Of a stretch of DNA of 64,000 nucleotides, positions 25,163 through 36,571 are shown piece after piece. The translations under genes and the position numbers were made by a program. Origin of the DNA: an uncultured cyanobacterium (GTDB lineage Bacteria; Cyanobacteriota; Cyanobacteriia; PCC-6307; Cyanobiaceae); the NCBI GenBank assembly GCA_963765575.1, contig CAVXWZ010000011.1:352001-416000 (forward strand). Direction: 5' to 3'. Under the pieces are notes generated by a model. That model was not told the origin of the DNA. It searched no databases and saw only the letters and a list, made by a program, of their open reading frames with translations. How positions within the stretch are numbered: the stretch's first letter is position 1; every line of letters starts with the position of its first letter.

Positions 25163-25948
25163 TCAGGCGAACAGCAGGGAGGTGAGCAGGGCATCCATGA
25201 GTGCCACCGAGATCAGAATCATCACCACGGCGCCGGTGGTGCTGGTTCCCACCTCCTTGGGGCCGCCGCGGGTGGTGAGACCCCAGCCGCAGGCGATCAC
25301 GGCGATCTGCAGCCCGAACACCAGGGCCTTCAGGAGCATCGATGGCAGGTCGTCCGGCTGCATCCAGGTGCGCACCGAATTCCAGAACACACTCGGGGGA
25401 ATGTTGTAGAGCAAGGTGCTGCTCGTCTGTCCCGACCAGATCCCCACCCAGAAGAACAGCAGACACTGCACCGGCGCCATGATCACCATCGCCAGCACCC
25501 GCGGCACCACGAGATACTCCACCGGGTCGGTGCGCAGCATGGTGATGGCGTCGATCTGCTCGGTCACTTTCATGGTGCCGAGTTCGGCGGCATAGGCCGT
25601 GGCCACCTTGCCGGTGAGCAGGGTGGCGGTGAGCAACGGGGCGATCTCCCGCGCCAGGCCCAGGGAGAGCAGCCCGCCCACGGCCGCGTTGGCCCCCTGC
25701 TTGGAGAGTTCCGCCACCACCTGGATGTTGAACACGGTGCCGGCGGCCAGGGCCGTGATCACCACGATCAGGAAACTGGCCGGACCGGCCTCCATCAGCT
25801 CCTGCATCAGGTCGTTGAAGCCGATGCGGCCCCGGGCAATGGCACTCACGGCCTGGCCGCCGACCATGGCGCTGGCCCCCAGCCGCCGGGCCCAGCGCGG
25901 CAGCTTCAGGCGTTGCCAGGCCAACGGCAGCCGGAACCGGCGTTTCAT
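25163..25948 (-). CDS. mlaE: MlaE-family ABC permease
   Basis: REIAPLLTA, AELGTMKVTEQIDA...DPVEYLVVPR, GGPKEVGTSTT. Confidence 0.92.
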   Translation of the reverse strand: MKRRFRLPLAWQRLKLPRWARRLGASAMVGGQAVSAIARGRIGFNDLMQELMEAGPASFLIVVITALAAGTVFNIQVVAELSKQGANAAVGGLLSLGLAREIAPLLTATLLTGKVATAYAAELGTMKVTEQIDAITMLRTDPVEYLVVPRVLAMVIMAPVQCLLFFWVGIWSGQTSSTLLYNIPPSVFWNSVRTWMQPDDLPSMLLKALVFGLQIAVIACGWGLTTRGGPKEVGTSTTGAVVMILISVALMDALLTSLLFA

Positions 25949-27360
25949 GACGGTTGCGGGGGGCGATGGGGCCAGCGTCGCATCACCACCAGCCCCAGCA
26001 CGACCAGGGTGGCCGGAATCAGTCCCATGCTCATGCGGATCGCCAGCAGGGCGCTGCTGGGTTGATCGCGCAGCAGCGCCGCCTCGTAACCGCTGAAGCT
26101 GAGCAGGTTGCCGAACACGAGCAGGGCCAGGCTGATGCAGAGCTTCTGGCCCAGCACCATCCAGGCGCTGTACTGCCCGGCGGGTTTCTCGGGATCGGCG
26201 TCGATGGCGTCGGGCAGCAGCGACCAGGGGATCAGGTAGGCGGTGGAGGCCCCCAGCCCGGCCAGCACGATGGTGACCAGCACCAGCAGCAACCGCAGCA
26301 CGTTGTCTGCGGAACCGAAGGGGGCAACGGCGGAATTCAGGGGCGGCAGCACCATGGCCAGGCCGCAGCCGCTGATCCACAGGGCTGCGCCCAGATGCAG
26401 GGCCCGCACCCTGCCGGCGCGCTGACTGACGCCATTCCAGATCCACAGGCCCCCCAGGCTGCTGACGATGAAGGGCAACAGCACCCAGTTGCTCCAGCTC
26501 TGGGGCAGGTGCAGCACCACCGGTAGGTAGATCAGGGCGGCCGTCTGCATCAGCTGCAGGCCGCACCAGAGCAACAGATAGAGGCCGATCACCCGCAGGA
26601 AGCGGCCGTTGCCGCTCACCCGGCCGATCAGGCGCCGGGTGGTGCCCTCCTGCCGCAGCGGCCGCTGGCAGTGCAGGGCCACGGGCGCCAGTCCCCAGCC
26701 GCAGAGCAGGGTGGTGGCGGTGACGATGAGGCCGGCGAGCACGCCCACCTGCAGGAAGCGGCCGGCATCGCTGTGGTCCTGCAGCAGCAGTGCCCCCAGC
26801 ACTACACCCACCAGCGAGGCGACGATCGAGCCGCTGAAGCGGGCCGTGTTCAGCCGCGTGCGCAGGGCCACGCTGGTGGTGAGTTCTGCGGCCAGGGCTG
26901 TGTAGGGCAGGTTCACGGCCGTGTAGAAGCTCTGGGCCACGGCCGAGATCAGCACGAAGAAGATGAACTTCAGCCACGGATCGCCGGGCGGCACCCACCA
27001 CATCGCCGCCATGCCGATGCCGAGGGGCACGGCACTGGCGAAGATCCAGGGCAGCCGGGGCCCCCAGCGCGTGTGGGTCTTGTCGCTCAGCCAGCCGATG
27101 ATCGGATCGTTGATGCCGTCCCAGAGGCGACCCACCATCAGCACCGCTCCCGCCATCCAGGCGGGCAGGCCGGCCGCCGAGGTGTAGAAGATGAACAGGT
27201 AGAAGCCGATCAGGGAGGCCACCATGCCCGTGCCGGCATCCCCGAGGCCATAGGACCAGAGCAGGCGCTGGCGAGGGGCTCCGCGCAGATCGGCGGCGTC
27301 GAGCACCGGAGGTGCCTGGGTGGGCATGCAGCGGAGAACCGGCTGGGTGGCGGGAGTCAT
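25945..27360 (-). CDS. MFS/GPH (MelB-like) sugar:cation symporter
   Basis: YGLGDAG, WDGINDPIIGWLSDKTHTRWG, NLPYTAL; multiple TM segments. Confidence 0.9.
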   Translation of the reverse strand: MTPATQPVLRCMPTQAPPVLDAADLRGAPRQRLLWSYGLGDAGTGMVASLIGFYLFIFYTSAAGLPAWMAGAVLMVGRLWDGINDPIIGWLSDKTHTRWGPRLPWIFASAVPLGIGMAAMWWVPPGDPWLKFIFFVLISAVAQSFYTAVNLPYTALAAELTTSVALRTRLNTARFSGSIVASLVGVVLGALLLQDHSDAGRFLQVGVLAGLIVTATTLLCGWGLAPVALHCQRPLRQEGTTRRLIGRVSGNGRFLRVIGLYLLLWCGLQLMQTAALIYLPVVLHLPQSWSNWVLLPFIVSSLGGLWIWNGVSQRAGRVRALHLGAALWISGCGLAMVLPPLNSAVAPFGSADNVLRLLLVLVTIVLAGLGASTAYLIPWSLLPDAIDADPEKPAGQYSAWMVLGQKLCISLALLVFGNLLSFSGYEAALLRDQPSSALLAIRMSMGLIPATLVVLGLVVMRRWPHRPPQPS

Positions 27361-27583
27361 AATGACCGAGCAAGCCGCCGGCTCCGGCCCCGGCCTGAAC
27401 CGCCCGATGGGGTGGTGGCCTTCTTGATCCGATCGCTCTCCCCACAGCGTTTGGGCACAGCTTCAGCTCTCAGGTTTGAACCTCAGGTTTGAACTCCCAG
27501 GCCTGCACTGGCCCATGTTGATTCGGATCCGTCCCTCGGCTGACACCCTTCAGCGAGCTAGATATAAAATAGAAGGCCCTATT

Positions 27584-27654
<71 letters not shown>

Positions 27655-27720
27655 TCCTGATCACACCAGCCCTTCGCCCTCAGCGCACCCACGGGCCGCC
27701 AGGAGGGTGCCTGGGCTCCG

Positions 27721-27828
27721 TTTTCCACGTCGCGGCTGCCTGATTGCAGCGGCAAAGGCCATCCGGCCCCGAGGACCTGTGGAAAACCAGGGGGCAAATT
27801 GTGGAAAACATTGCCGAGCTGCGGAAAA
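27721..27828. promoter_or_regulatory. Cluster of DnaA-box-like 9-mers
   Basis: TTTTCCACG (27721), TGTGGAAAA (27778), TGTGGAAAA (27800), TGCGGAAAA (27820). Confidence 0.55.
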
Positions 27829-27853
27829 CTCCGCGGGGCTGGGGTGGCAGGCG

Positions 27854-30026
27854 CTACAGCTCCACCCCCTCGAGCTGGCGGCGGGCCACCAGCAGCATCA
27901 GGCTGCGGCTCTCCAGCGGCGCGCCGGTGGGTTTCCAGGGCTGGGGCCGGCGGGGCAGGTCCTCCCCAGCCGGCAGGGCGGTGTCGATCACCCGCACCCA
28001 CCCCGATGGGCACACGGGCAGCTCGAAGTGCACCGAGCGGCTGTAGGCGTTGAGGCCGCACCACAGCAGCGGCCCTTCCACCCGCTCGTTCACGCTCCAG
28101 GCCAGGGTGTGGGACCAGTCGGCCCAGTCGGGACGGTTGATCTCCACGCCATGCCACTGGCGCCAGAGCGCGCGATCGTCGTCGCTGCGACGCTGGGGCC
28201 GCACCGGCAGGGGCAGCTCGGGATTGAGCACCTGCCTGAGGGCGGTGCGCAGGCTCAGTCAGCCGCTGCACGTAGGTGCGCAGGGCCTGGTCGGCTCCAT
28301 CGGGCTGCCAGTGCATCCAGCCGAGGGGATTGTTCTGGCACCAGGTGTTGTTGTTGCCCCCCTGGCTGCGGCGCACCTCATCGCCCATCAGCAGCATCGG
28401 CACACCGGGGGCCAGCAGCAGGGTGGCCAGCAGGTTGCGCAGCTGGCGTTCGCGCAGGGCGATGACGGCGTGGTCGCAGCTGGGGCCCTCCACGCCGTGG
28501 TTCCAGCTGTTGTTGTGGTTGTCACCGTCGCGGTTGTCCTCGCCGTTGGCCAGGTTGTGCTTGCGGTTGAAGCTCACCAGATCGGCCAGGGTGAAGCCGT
28601 CGTGGGCGGTGAGGAAGGTGATGCACTGGCCAGGGTGGGGTGGCCTGGGCTCGTAGAGATCCGGGCTGCCGCTCAGCCGCAGCCCCAGCGTCCAGGCCGT
28701 GTTCTGGTCACCCTTCCAGAAGCGGCGCACGTCGTCGCGGAAGCGGCCGTTCCAGGTGGCCACCCGCAGGGCGGGGAAGTCGGCGAGCTTGTAGAGGCCG
28801 CCACAGTCCCAGGGCTCGCTGATCAGCTTCAGGTCGGCCAGTTCGGGATCGGCCTCCATGGCCTCGAACAGCGGCGGTGCCTCCAGCGGCAGCAGCTGTT
28901 CCCCCCGGCTGAGGGCGATGCCGAGATCGAAGCGGAAGCCATCCACCCCCAGCTCCACCGCCCAGCAGCGCAGCGATTCCAGGATCAGGCGCCGCACCAG
29001 GGGGCGGTTGGCGGCGATGGTGTTGCCGCAGCCGCTCACGTCCAGGTAGTCGCCGTGGTGGCCCTGCTGGTAATAGAGCTGGTCGCAGAAACCGCGCCAG
29101 CTGAGCGTGGGGCCCTGCTGGTTGCCCTCGCTGGTGTGGTTGTAGACCACATCGAGGATCACCTCGATGCCGGCCCGGTGGCAGGCGCTGACGAGCTCGC
29201 GCACCTGGTGGCGGGCGCTGAGCGGATCGTTGCCCACCAGGTAGCCGTGATGGGGAGCCATCCAGCTGATCGGGCTGTAGCCCCAGTGGTTCTGGCGGCC
29301 GGCCGGGGCGTCGGCGGGGTCGAAGGCCATCACCGGCAGCAGCTCGATGGCGGTGATGCCCAGCTCCTTGAGGTAGGGCAGGGTGTCGATCAGCCCCAGC
29401 AGGGTGCCGCGCCGCTCGGCCGGCACCGGGCAACCGCTGCCCTGGGTGAAGCCGCCCACGTGCAGCTCATAGACCACGCTGCGCTGCCAGCTGTGTCGGG
29501 GGCGGGGAGCGGCGTCGAAATCGAAGCGATCCCGTTCGGTGACCACCCCCTTGAGGCAGCAGCCGGTGTTGGGCATGGCCCCCACCGCCGCATCGCGGCG
29601 GTAGCCGTCCCAGCCGGCGATGGCGCGGGCGCAGGGGTCGAGCAGCACCTTGGAGGGGTTGAAGCTGTGGCCGCCGGCCTGCAGCGGTCCATACACCCGG
29701 TAGCCGTAGCAACAGCCCAGCCCCAGCCCCTCCACTTCCACGTGCCAGTGGTCGCCGGAGCGGTGCCGCTGATCGAGATCCACCACCCGCTGTGGCTCGT
29801 TGGCCTCGCCATGGGCGAACAGCAGCAGCTCCACCCGGGTGGCCTGGGGGGCCACCACCGAGAAGTTGACGCCCTGGGCGGTGAGGCTGGCGCCGAGGGG
29901 CCAGGGCCGGCCGGGGTGTGCCGGCCCGCCGCGCCCTCCGGCACTGGCGGCGCCAGGACGCCGCTGGGCCGGAGGGCGGACCGTGGTGGCCTGGGTGTCG
30001 GCTGCGGGTCGGGCGGACACAAACAT
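27854..30026 (-). CDS. glgX: Glycogen debranching enzyme/isoamylase (GH13); frameshift near 28258
   Basis: YELHVGGF, WGY, DVVYNHT, DGFRFDLG, SEPWD, FLTAHDGFTL; C-terminal WHGV...W..VIDT in another frame. Confidence 0.92.
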
Positions 30027-30117
30027 GATCCGGATCGCCACAAACTAGTGATCCGATCGAGAATGCACCGCCGGTGTTACAGACCGCTCCCGCGGACCCG
30101 GCCGTCCGCCCCAGCCC

Positions 30118-30786
30118 GTGCGCCCGGGGCTGTGGCTGTTTGCCCCCAACCGTGAGACCAGCGGCGGCAGCAGCTGGCTGGTGGAGGCGGCCGCCGCCGG
30201 CCTCGAGGGGCAGCTGCCGGGGGATCTGCTGATCGACTGCCCGGCCTGGAGCCAGGCCAACCTCGACTGGCTGGCCCAGCGCGGCGGCCAGGGCACGATC
30301 GTGCTCACCGGTCGGGACGGCCATGGCCGCTGCCGCCGCTTCCAGGAGGCCCTGGGCTGGCCGGTGCTGGTGCAGGAGCAGGAGGCCTACCTGCTGCCGG
30401 GGGTGCGGGAGCTGGCCCTGTTCGGGGCTGACCATGGGCTGGCGCCGGGGGTGCGCCTGCTCTGGACCCCCGGCCCCTCCCCCGGCGCCTGCGTGCTGCA
30501 CCTGGCGGCCGGGGGCCTGGATGGCCTCTTCTGCGGCCGGCTGCTGCAGCCGCTGGCGCCGGGGCTGCTGGCTCCGCTGGCCACGGCGCGAAGCTTTCAC
30601 TGGCGGCGCCAGCTGCGCAGCCTCGAGCGCCTGCGCCGCTGGCTGCCAGCCGGCTCCCCCGGCTGGATCGCCTGCGGTGGCGGCCTCGGGGCCCTGCGGG
30701 GGGAGAAGCTGGTGGAGGGTGGTGCCGCCCTGCTGGCGGGGCTGGATCTGCCGGCCCTGGAGCTCCAATCGCCGCCCCCGGCCTGA
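30118..30786 (+). CDS. Degenerate MBL-fold hydrolase-like protein
   Basis: PNRETSGGSSWL, LIDCP, VQEQEAYLLP, LWTPGPSPG. Confidence 0.65.
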   Translation: MRPGLWLFAPNRETSGGSSWLVEAAAAGLEGQLPGDLLIDCPAWSQANLDWLAQRGGQGTIVLTGRDGHGRCRRFQEALGWPVLVQEQEAYLLPGVRELALFGADHGLAPGVRLLWTPGPSPGACVLHLAAGGLDGLFCGRLLQPLAPGLLAPLATARSFHWRRQLRSLERLRRWLPAGSPGWIACGGGLGALRGEKLVEGGAALLAGLDLPALELQSPPPA

Positions 30787-30935
30787 GCGCTTCAGCCCAG
30801 ACCCCCTGCGGCAGCCGGATTCTGTGTTGCAGTGTGGGGTCGCTGCCCATACCATTGGCGCGCCACAGGTCAGGCCGGTCGGGGTTTCCGACTCGCCCCG
30901 CTCCCCCCGACAGACCCTCTCAGCCTTTCCTCTTC

Positions 30936-31214
30936 ATGAACAAAGCAGATCTCGTCAACGTGGTGGCTGCCCGCACCGAACTCACCAAGACCGACGTCGC
31001 CCAGGTGGTGGATGCCCTGATCGACACGATCATGGATTCGGTGGTGGACGGCAAGAAGGTGTCGATCCTCGGCTTCGGTTCCTTCGAGCCCCGCGACCGT
31101 TCCGCCCGTCAGGGACTCAATCCCAAGACCGGCGAGAGGATCGCGATCGAAGCCAAGCGCGTGCCTGCCTTCACCGCCGGCAAGATGTTCAAGGACAAGG
31201 TGCAGGGCGCCTGA
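30936..31214 (+). CDS. hup: DNA-binding protein HU
   Basis: MNKADLV...[22 protein letters not shown]...PAFTAGK. Confidence 0.97.
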   Translation: MNKADLVNVVAARTELTKTDVAQVVDALIDTIMDSVVDGKKVSILGFGSFEPRDRSARQGLNPKTGERIAIEAKRVPAFTAGKMFKDKVQGA

Positions 31215-31224
31215 GCCCACCCCG

Positions 31225-32219
31225 CTGAGCGTTGCCGGGCTGCTCCCCGCTCACCTGAGGGCCCGGTTCACCGCGGCCCTCGAAGCCCGCGGTCGGGGCT
31301 ATCGCGGGCGCTTCGCCCCGTCCCCCACCGGCCCGCTGCACCGCGGCAACCTGCGCACCGCCCTGCTCAGCTGGCTCGATGCCCGCCTGGCCGGTGGGGA
31401 GATGGCTGCTGCGGATCGACGACCTCGACAGCCCCCGCAACCGCCCCGGCGCCGAGCAGCGGATCCTGGCCGATCTGCGCTGGCTGGGTCTGCACTGGGA
31501 TGGTCCGCTGTGGCGCCAGAGCGAGCGGCGCGGGCTCTACGGCTCCGTGCTCTCGGCCCTGCGGCGCGCTGGGCTGCTCTATCCCTGTGGCTGCAGCCGC
31601 CGGCTGCTGGCCGATGTCTCCGCTCCCCATGGCGGCTGGCCGCTCTACCCGGGCTTCTGCCGCCGGCGGCCCCTGGGCTGGGGCCCCGCCGCTGGCCGCC
31701 TGCCCAGCTGGCGGCTGCGGCTGCCGCCGGGGCCGATCCGGTGGCAGGAGCGCCTGGGCCGCTCGGGGCGGCTGGATGGCCCCGGCCAGGTGGGCGATGT
31801 GGTGCTGCGCCGCGCCGATGGTGTCGTGGCCTATCACCTGGCCACCGCTGTGGATGAGCTCAGCCTCGGCATCAGCGATGTGCTGCGCGGCGAGGACCTC
31901 TGGCCCTCCACCGGCGCCCAGGTGGCCCTGATCACCCTGCTGGGGGCGCCGCCGCCCCGCTACGGCCACCTGCCCCTGTGGCTCGATGACAGCGGCCGGC
32001 GCCTGAGCAAGCGCGAGGGGGCCGAGGGGCTGGACCGATGGCGCCAGCGGCGGCCTCGATGCGGCGGCGGTGATCGGGCTGCTGGCGGCCAGCGCCGGCC
32101 TGGTGCCGGTGGGCTCGCGGCTCAGTGCCCGCGAGCTGTTGGAGGAGCTGACAGCCGAGCGTTTCGCCGAGGCCCTGCGGGGCGAAGTCTTCACAAAGGC
32201 TTCGGGATCACGGGGCTGA
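31225..32219 (+). CDS. gluQ: Glutamyl-Q tRNA(Asp) synthetase; frameshifts near 31397 and 32050; start uncertain
   Basis: [46 protein letters not shown]. Confidence 0.87.
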
Positions 32220-32267
32220 CGCCGTTCGAGAGTGGTCTGATCCCGGCTGCCGCTGGATCTCCAAACA

Positions 32268-32525
32268 ATGCTCCCCCCTCAGCCCGCCACACATCAGCAG
32301 TCCGCCGATCTCGCCGCCTGGCTGCCGGAGGATCAAGCCTGTCCGCGCTGTGGCGGCAGTGGCGTGCAGCGCCTTGATGGCCAGCGCTTGCGCACCTGTC
32401 TGCCCTGCCTGGGCCAGGGTCGGATCACGCGCCTGCAGCCGGCCACCACCACGGCGGCCCTGTTCCGGCCAGATGTCCCGGACAGCCCGCCGCTCAGCGC
32501 CCCAGCTTCTTCTGCTTCCAGATGA
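32268..32525 (+). CDS. Small protein with two DnaJ-type CxxCxGxG motifs
   Basis: CPRCGGSG...CLPCLGQG. Confidence 0.6.
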   Translation: MLPPQPATHQQSADLAAWLPEDQACPRCGGSGVQRLDGQRLRTCLPCLGQGRITRLQPATTTAALFRPDVPDSPPLSAPASSASR

Positions 32526-32607
32526 AGAACGCCGCGGTGCCCACCACGGCCAGCAGCGGCACGGCGGTGAGCAGGAGCAGGATCACGGCGGTCCAGTCGG
32601 TGTACAT
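32494..32607 (-). CDS. 37-aa single-TM small protein
   Basis: MYTDWTAVILLLLTAVPLLAVVGTAAFFIWKQKKLGR: hydrophobic helix plus basic tail, host-like codons. Confidence 0.6.
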   Translation of the reverse strand: MYTDWTAVILLLLTAVPLLAVVGTAAFFIWKQKKLGR

Positions 32608-32701
32608 CGCGGTGACATCCAGGCAGGCGCCATCATCCCAGCCGATCGGCCCAACCCGCTGACGGGTGGGCTGACACTCCCGTCCGCCGCAAGCGCCTGC
32701 C

Positions 32702-35581
32702 ATGACCGATCCGCAGGGCTGCCGCCAGCGGCCGGACGAGGGATGGGGCAGCGACCCCACCCACGACATCCTGCGCAGCCGGCGGCAACCGCTGCGGGCC
32801 CTGTTCCAGCCGGGCTGCGTGGCCGTGATCGGCGCCAGCGAGCGACCCGGCAGCGTGGGCCGCACCCTGCTCTGGAACCTGATCCGCTCGCCCTTCGGCG
32901 GCACCGTGTACCCGGTCAACCCCCGGCGCCACAGCGTGCTCGGGGTGCGCTGCTGCGCCACCGTGGCGGCGGTGCCCGAGCCGGTGGACCTGGCCCTGAT
33001 CGCCACCCCGGCGGCCAGCGTGCCGGCGCGGCTGGCGGAGTGCGCGGCGGCCGGGGTGAAGGCCGCGATCGTGATCTCCGCCGGCTTCCGGGAGGTGGGG
33101 CCCGCGGGGCTGGCGCTGGAACAGCAGCTGCGGGCCATCCTGCGCGGCTCCGGCATGCGCCTGCTCGGCCCCAACTGCCTGGGCCTGATGAACCCGCGCC
33201 TGGGCCTCAACGCCAGCTTCGCCTCCACCCTGGCGGCCCCGGGGCACGTGGGCTTCCTCAGCCAGTCGGGGGCGGTGGGCACGGCGGTGCTCGACTGGAG
33301 CCACCAGCAGGGGGTGGGCTTCAGCGCCTTCGTGTCGATCGGCTCGATGCTCGACGTGGGCTGGGGGGATCTGATCACCGTTCTGGGCGACGATCCCGCC
33401 ACCCGCAGCATCGTGCTCTACATGGAGGCGATCGGTGACGCCCGCGCCTTCCTCTCGGCAGCGCGGGAGGTGGCGCTCACCAAGCCGATCGTGCTGATCA
33501 AGGGCGGCCGCAGTGCCGAGGCGGCGCGGGCCGCGGCCTCCCACACCGGTGCCCTGACCGGCAGCGATGCGGTGCTGGAGGCGGCGCTGCGGCGCTGCGG
33601 CGTGCTGCGGGTGGACCGGCTCTCGGATCTGTTCGATCTGGCCGACGTGCTTGCCAAGCAGCCGCGCCGTCCCAGCGGTCCGCGCCTGGCGATCGTGACC
33701 AACGCCGGCGGTCCCGGGGTGCTCGCCACCGATGCCCTGGTGCTCACCGGCGGCCAGCTGGCCGAGCTCAGCCCCGCCAGCCTGGCCGCCCTCGATGCCG
33801 TGCTGCCGCCCCACTGGAGCCATGCCAACCCGATCGACATCCAGGGCGACGCCGATCCGGAGCGCTACGCCCGCAGCATCGAGATCGCCCTGGCCGATCC
33901 CGGCAGCGACGGCCTGCTGGTGATCCTCACCCCCCAGGCGATGACCGATCCCACCACCACCGCCCAGCGGCTGCGCGAGCTGGCGGCGTGCAGCCGCAAG
34001 CCACTGCTGGCCAGCTGGATGGGTGGCGACGAGGTGGCCGGCGGCGTGGCGATCCTCAACGCCGCCGGGATCGCCACCAACCCCTTCCCCGATGCCGCCG
34101 CCCGGCTGTTCAACGCCCTCTGGCGCTTCAGCTACAACCTGCGCGGCATCCACGAGACCCCCACCCTGCTGCCGGACAACGACGACGATGGCGGTGGCGA
34201 CGACGACCGTGGCGATGGTCGCCGGGTGCTGGAGCGGGTCCAGGCCGAGGGCCGGGAACTGCTCAGCGAGCTGGAGGCCAAGCAGGTGCTGGCCAGCTAT
34301 GGCATCCCGGTGGTGGAGACGCGCCTGGCCGCCAGCGCCGCCGCGGCCCGCCAGGCGGCCGCGGCCATGGGCTACCCGGTGGTGCTGAAGCTCAACAGCC
34401 CCACGATCACCCACAAGCGTGAGGTGGGCGGGGTGTGGCTGGATCTGGCCAGCGCCGAGGCGGTGGAGCGGGCTTTCACCACCATGGCCGAGGCGATTCC
34501 GGCGCGCTTCGGGCCCCAGGCCTTCGCCGGGGTGACGGTGCAGCCGATGCTGCGGCGGGAGGGGGGCCTGGAGCTGATCGTGGGCAGCAGCATCGATGCC
34601 CAGTTCGGGCCGGTGATCCTGTTCGGCAGCGGCGGCACCCTGGTGGAGGTCTACCGCGACAGCGCCGTAGGGCTGCCGCCCCTGAACACCACCCTGGCGC
34701 GGCGGCTGATGGAGCAAACCCGCATCTACGGCGCGCTGCAGGGGGTGCGGGGCGGCCCCCCCGCCGACCTGGAGGAGCTGGAGCGGCTGCTGGTGCGGCT
34801 CAGCCAGCTGGTGCTGGAGCAGCCCGCCATCCTCGAGATCGACATCAATCCGCTGCTGGTGCGGCCGGGCGATCGGCGCCGGCCCCTGGTGGCCCTCGAT
34901 GCCCGCATCCTCATCCAGCCGGTGGCCGGGGCCAGCTGCCACCTGCCGCGGCCGGCGATCCGGCCCTACCCCAGCCAGTACGTCCATCCCTGGCGGCTGC
35001 GGGACGGCACGGCGGTGACGATCCGGCCGATCCGTCCCGAGGACGAGCCCCTGCTGGTGGCCTTCCACCGCAGCCTCTCGCAGGAGAGCGTGTACACCCG
35101 CTATCTGCACATGACCTCGCTCGGCCACCGCATCGCCCACGAGCGGTTGGTGCGCATCTGCTTCACCGACTACGAGCGCGAGCTGGCCCTGGTGGTGGAC
35201 CGCCGCGATCCGACCAGCGGCGAGCACCGCATCCTGGCGGTGGGGCGCCTCAGCCGGCTGCACGAGCGCAACGACGCCGAGTTCTCGATGCTGATCAGCG
35301 ACGCCGAGCAGCACCAGGGTCTGGGCAGCGCCCTGCTCGCTCAGCTGCTGCGGGTGGGCCGCGACGAGGGCATTGATCAGGTGCGGGCGGAGATCCTGCG
35401 GGAGAACGGGGCGATGCAGCGGGTGTGCCGCAAGCTCGGTTTCCAGCTGCGTGCCGGCGAGGATGTGATGGAGGCCTGGATCGATCTGGCCACGGCGGTG
35501 CTGCCCGGTGATCAGGCCGCCAGCGATCAGGCCGCCAGCAATGCCTCCACGTGGGCGGCGGCGCCCCCCGCCAGCCCCTGA
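32702..35581 (+). CDS. Bifunctional acetate-CoA ligase (ADP-forming, alpha+beta) / GNAT acetyltransferase (Pat/YfiQ architecture)
   Basis: [62 protein letters not shown]-terminal [12 protein letters not shown] domain with QGLG. Confidence 0.92.
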   Translation: MTDPQGCRQRPDEGWGSDPTHDILRSRRQPLRALFQPGCVAVIGASERPGSVGRTLLWNLIRSPFGGTVYPVNPRRHSVLGVRCCATVAAVPEPVDLALIATPAASVPARLAECAAAGVKAAIVISAGFREVGPAGLALEQQLRAILRGSGMRLLGPNCLGLMNPRLGLNASFASTLAAPGHVGFLSQSGAVGTAVLDWSHQQGVGFSAFVSIGSMLDVGWGDLITVLGDDPATRSIVLYMEAIGDARAFLSAAREVALTKPIVLIKGGRSAEAARAAASHTGALTGSDAVLEAALRRCGVLRVDRLSDLFDLADVLAKQPRRPSGPRLAIVTNAGGPGVLATDALVLTGGQLAELSPASLAALDAVLPPHWSHANPIDIQGDADPERYARSIEIALADPGSDGLLVILTPQAMTDPTTTAQRLRELAACSRKPLLASWMGGDEVAGGVAILNAAGIATNPFPDAAARLFNALWRFSYNLRGIHETPTLLPDNDDDGGGDDDRGDGRRVLERVQAEGRELLSELEAKQVLASYGIPVVETRLAASAAAARQAAAAMGYPVVLKLNSPTITHKREVGGVWLDLASAEAVERAFTTMAEAIPARFGPQAFAGVTVQPMLRREGGLELIVGSSIDAQFGPVILFGSGGTLVEVYRDSAVGLPPLNTTLARRLMEQTRIYGALQGVRGGPPADLEELERLLVRLSQLVLEQPAILEIDINPLLVRPGDRRRPLVALDARILIQPVAGASCHLPRPAIRPYPSQYVHPWRLRDGTAVTIRPIRPEDEPLLVAFHRSLSQESVYTRYLHMTSLGHRIAHERLVRICFTDYERELALVVDRRDPTSGEHRILAVGRLSRLHERNDAEFSMLISDAEQHQGLGSALLAQLLRVGRDEGIDQVRAEILRENGAMQRVCRKLGFQLRAGEDVMEAWIDLATAVLPGDQAASDQAASNASTWAAAPPASP

Positions 35582-36471
35582 AGTCCGTAGCCCCCCTCCA
35601 GCACCGACACCAGCCGGCCGCCGGCGTGGTCGCCGGCGATGGCCAGGCAGAGCTGGGTGAGGGCGGTGTAGTCGGCGTCCTCGAGCAGGAAGGTGCCCAG
35701 GGGATCGTCGCGGTGGCCATCGAAGCCGGCCGACACCAGCACCAGCTGGGGCCGGAAGCGCCGGGCCACGGGCGCCAGGGCGGCCTCCAGGGCGCTGAGC
35801 ACGGCCCGGCCGTCGCTGTAGGTGGGCAGGGGACAGTTGAGGGTGAAGCCCAGCCCCGGCCCCTCACCCCGCTCCCCGGCGCTGCCGCTGCCGGGGTAGC
35901 TGCCCCCCTCGTGCACGCTGGCGTAGAGCACGCTGGGATCACTCCAGAAGATGGCCTGGGTGCCGTTGCCGTGGTGCAGGTCCCAGTCGACGATCAGCAC
36001 CCGCTCCAGGCCGTGCACCGCCTGGGCATGGCGGGCCGCCAGGGCCACGTTGTTGAACAGGCAGAAGCCCATGCCGCGGTCGGCCTCGGCGTGGTGGCCG
36101 GGGGGGCGCACCACGGCGAAGGCGTTCTGCAGCCGGCCCGCCAGCACCGCATCCACCGCCGCCAGGGTGCCGCCGGCGGCCAGCCGGGCCACATCTTCTG
36201 AGTGCTCGCCGATGGGGGTGTCGCCGGTGGAGAGCTGGGCGGCTCCGTAGGCCACCTCGCGGCGCACCGTGTGCAGATAGCGGGCGGTGTGGCAGCGGCG
36301 CAGCTCCCGGTCCACCGCCGGCCGGGCTGCGATCAGCCGGCAGCGTTGCAGCAGGCCGCGGCGTTGCAGCTCCGCCTCGATCGCCTGCAGCCGCCGCGGG
36401 CTCTCGGGATGGCCCAGCCCGGTCTCGTGCAGGCGGAAGGCCGGATCGATCACCAGGCCGGTGGCACCCAT
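35527..36471 (-). CDS. Zn-dependent histone-deacetylase-family protein
   Basis: [45 protein letters not shown]. Confidence 0.95.
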   Translation of the reverse strand: MGATGLVIDPAFRLHETGLGHPESPRRLQAIEAELQRRGLLQRCRLIAARPAVDRELRRCHTARYLHTVRREVAYGAAQLSTGDTPIGEHSEDVARLAAGGTLAAVDAVLAGRLQNAFAVVRPPGHHAEADRGMGFCLFNNVALAARHAQAVHGLERVLIVDWDLHHGNGTQAIFWSDPSVLYASVHEGGSYPGSGSAGERGEGPGLGFTLNCPLPTYSDGRAVLSALEAALAPVARRFRPQLVLVSAGFDGHRDDPLGTFLLEDADYTALTQLCLAIAGDHAGGRLVSVLEGGYGLQGLAGGAAAHVEALLAA

Positions 36472-36571
36472 CGCTGACGACTCCCAGGCCACACTTCCAC
36501 CACAATCGCTGACACGCCCGCCGGGACTGGCTAGCCAGAAGGTGTGATTGCCGCGCCCAGCGCGTCAGACC

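Noticed and set aside
27721..27828. DnaA-box cluster as the chromosomal oriC
   Set aside because: Only four boxes, no dnaN or dnaA nearby and no clear AT-rich unwinding element; kept only as a candidate accessory site
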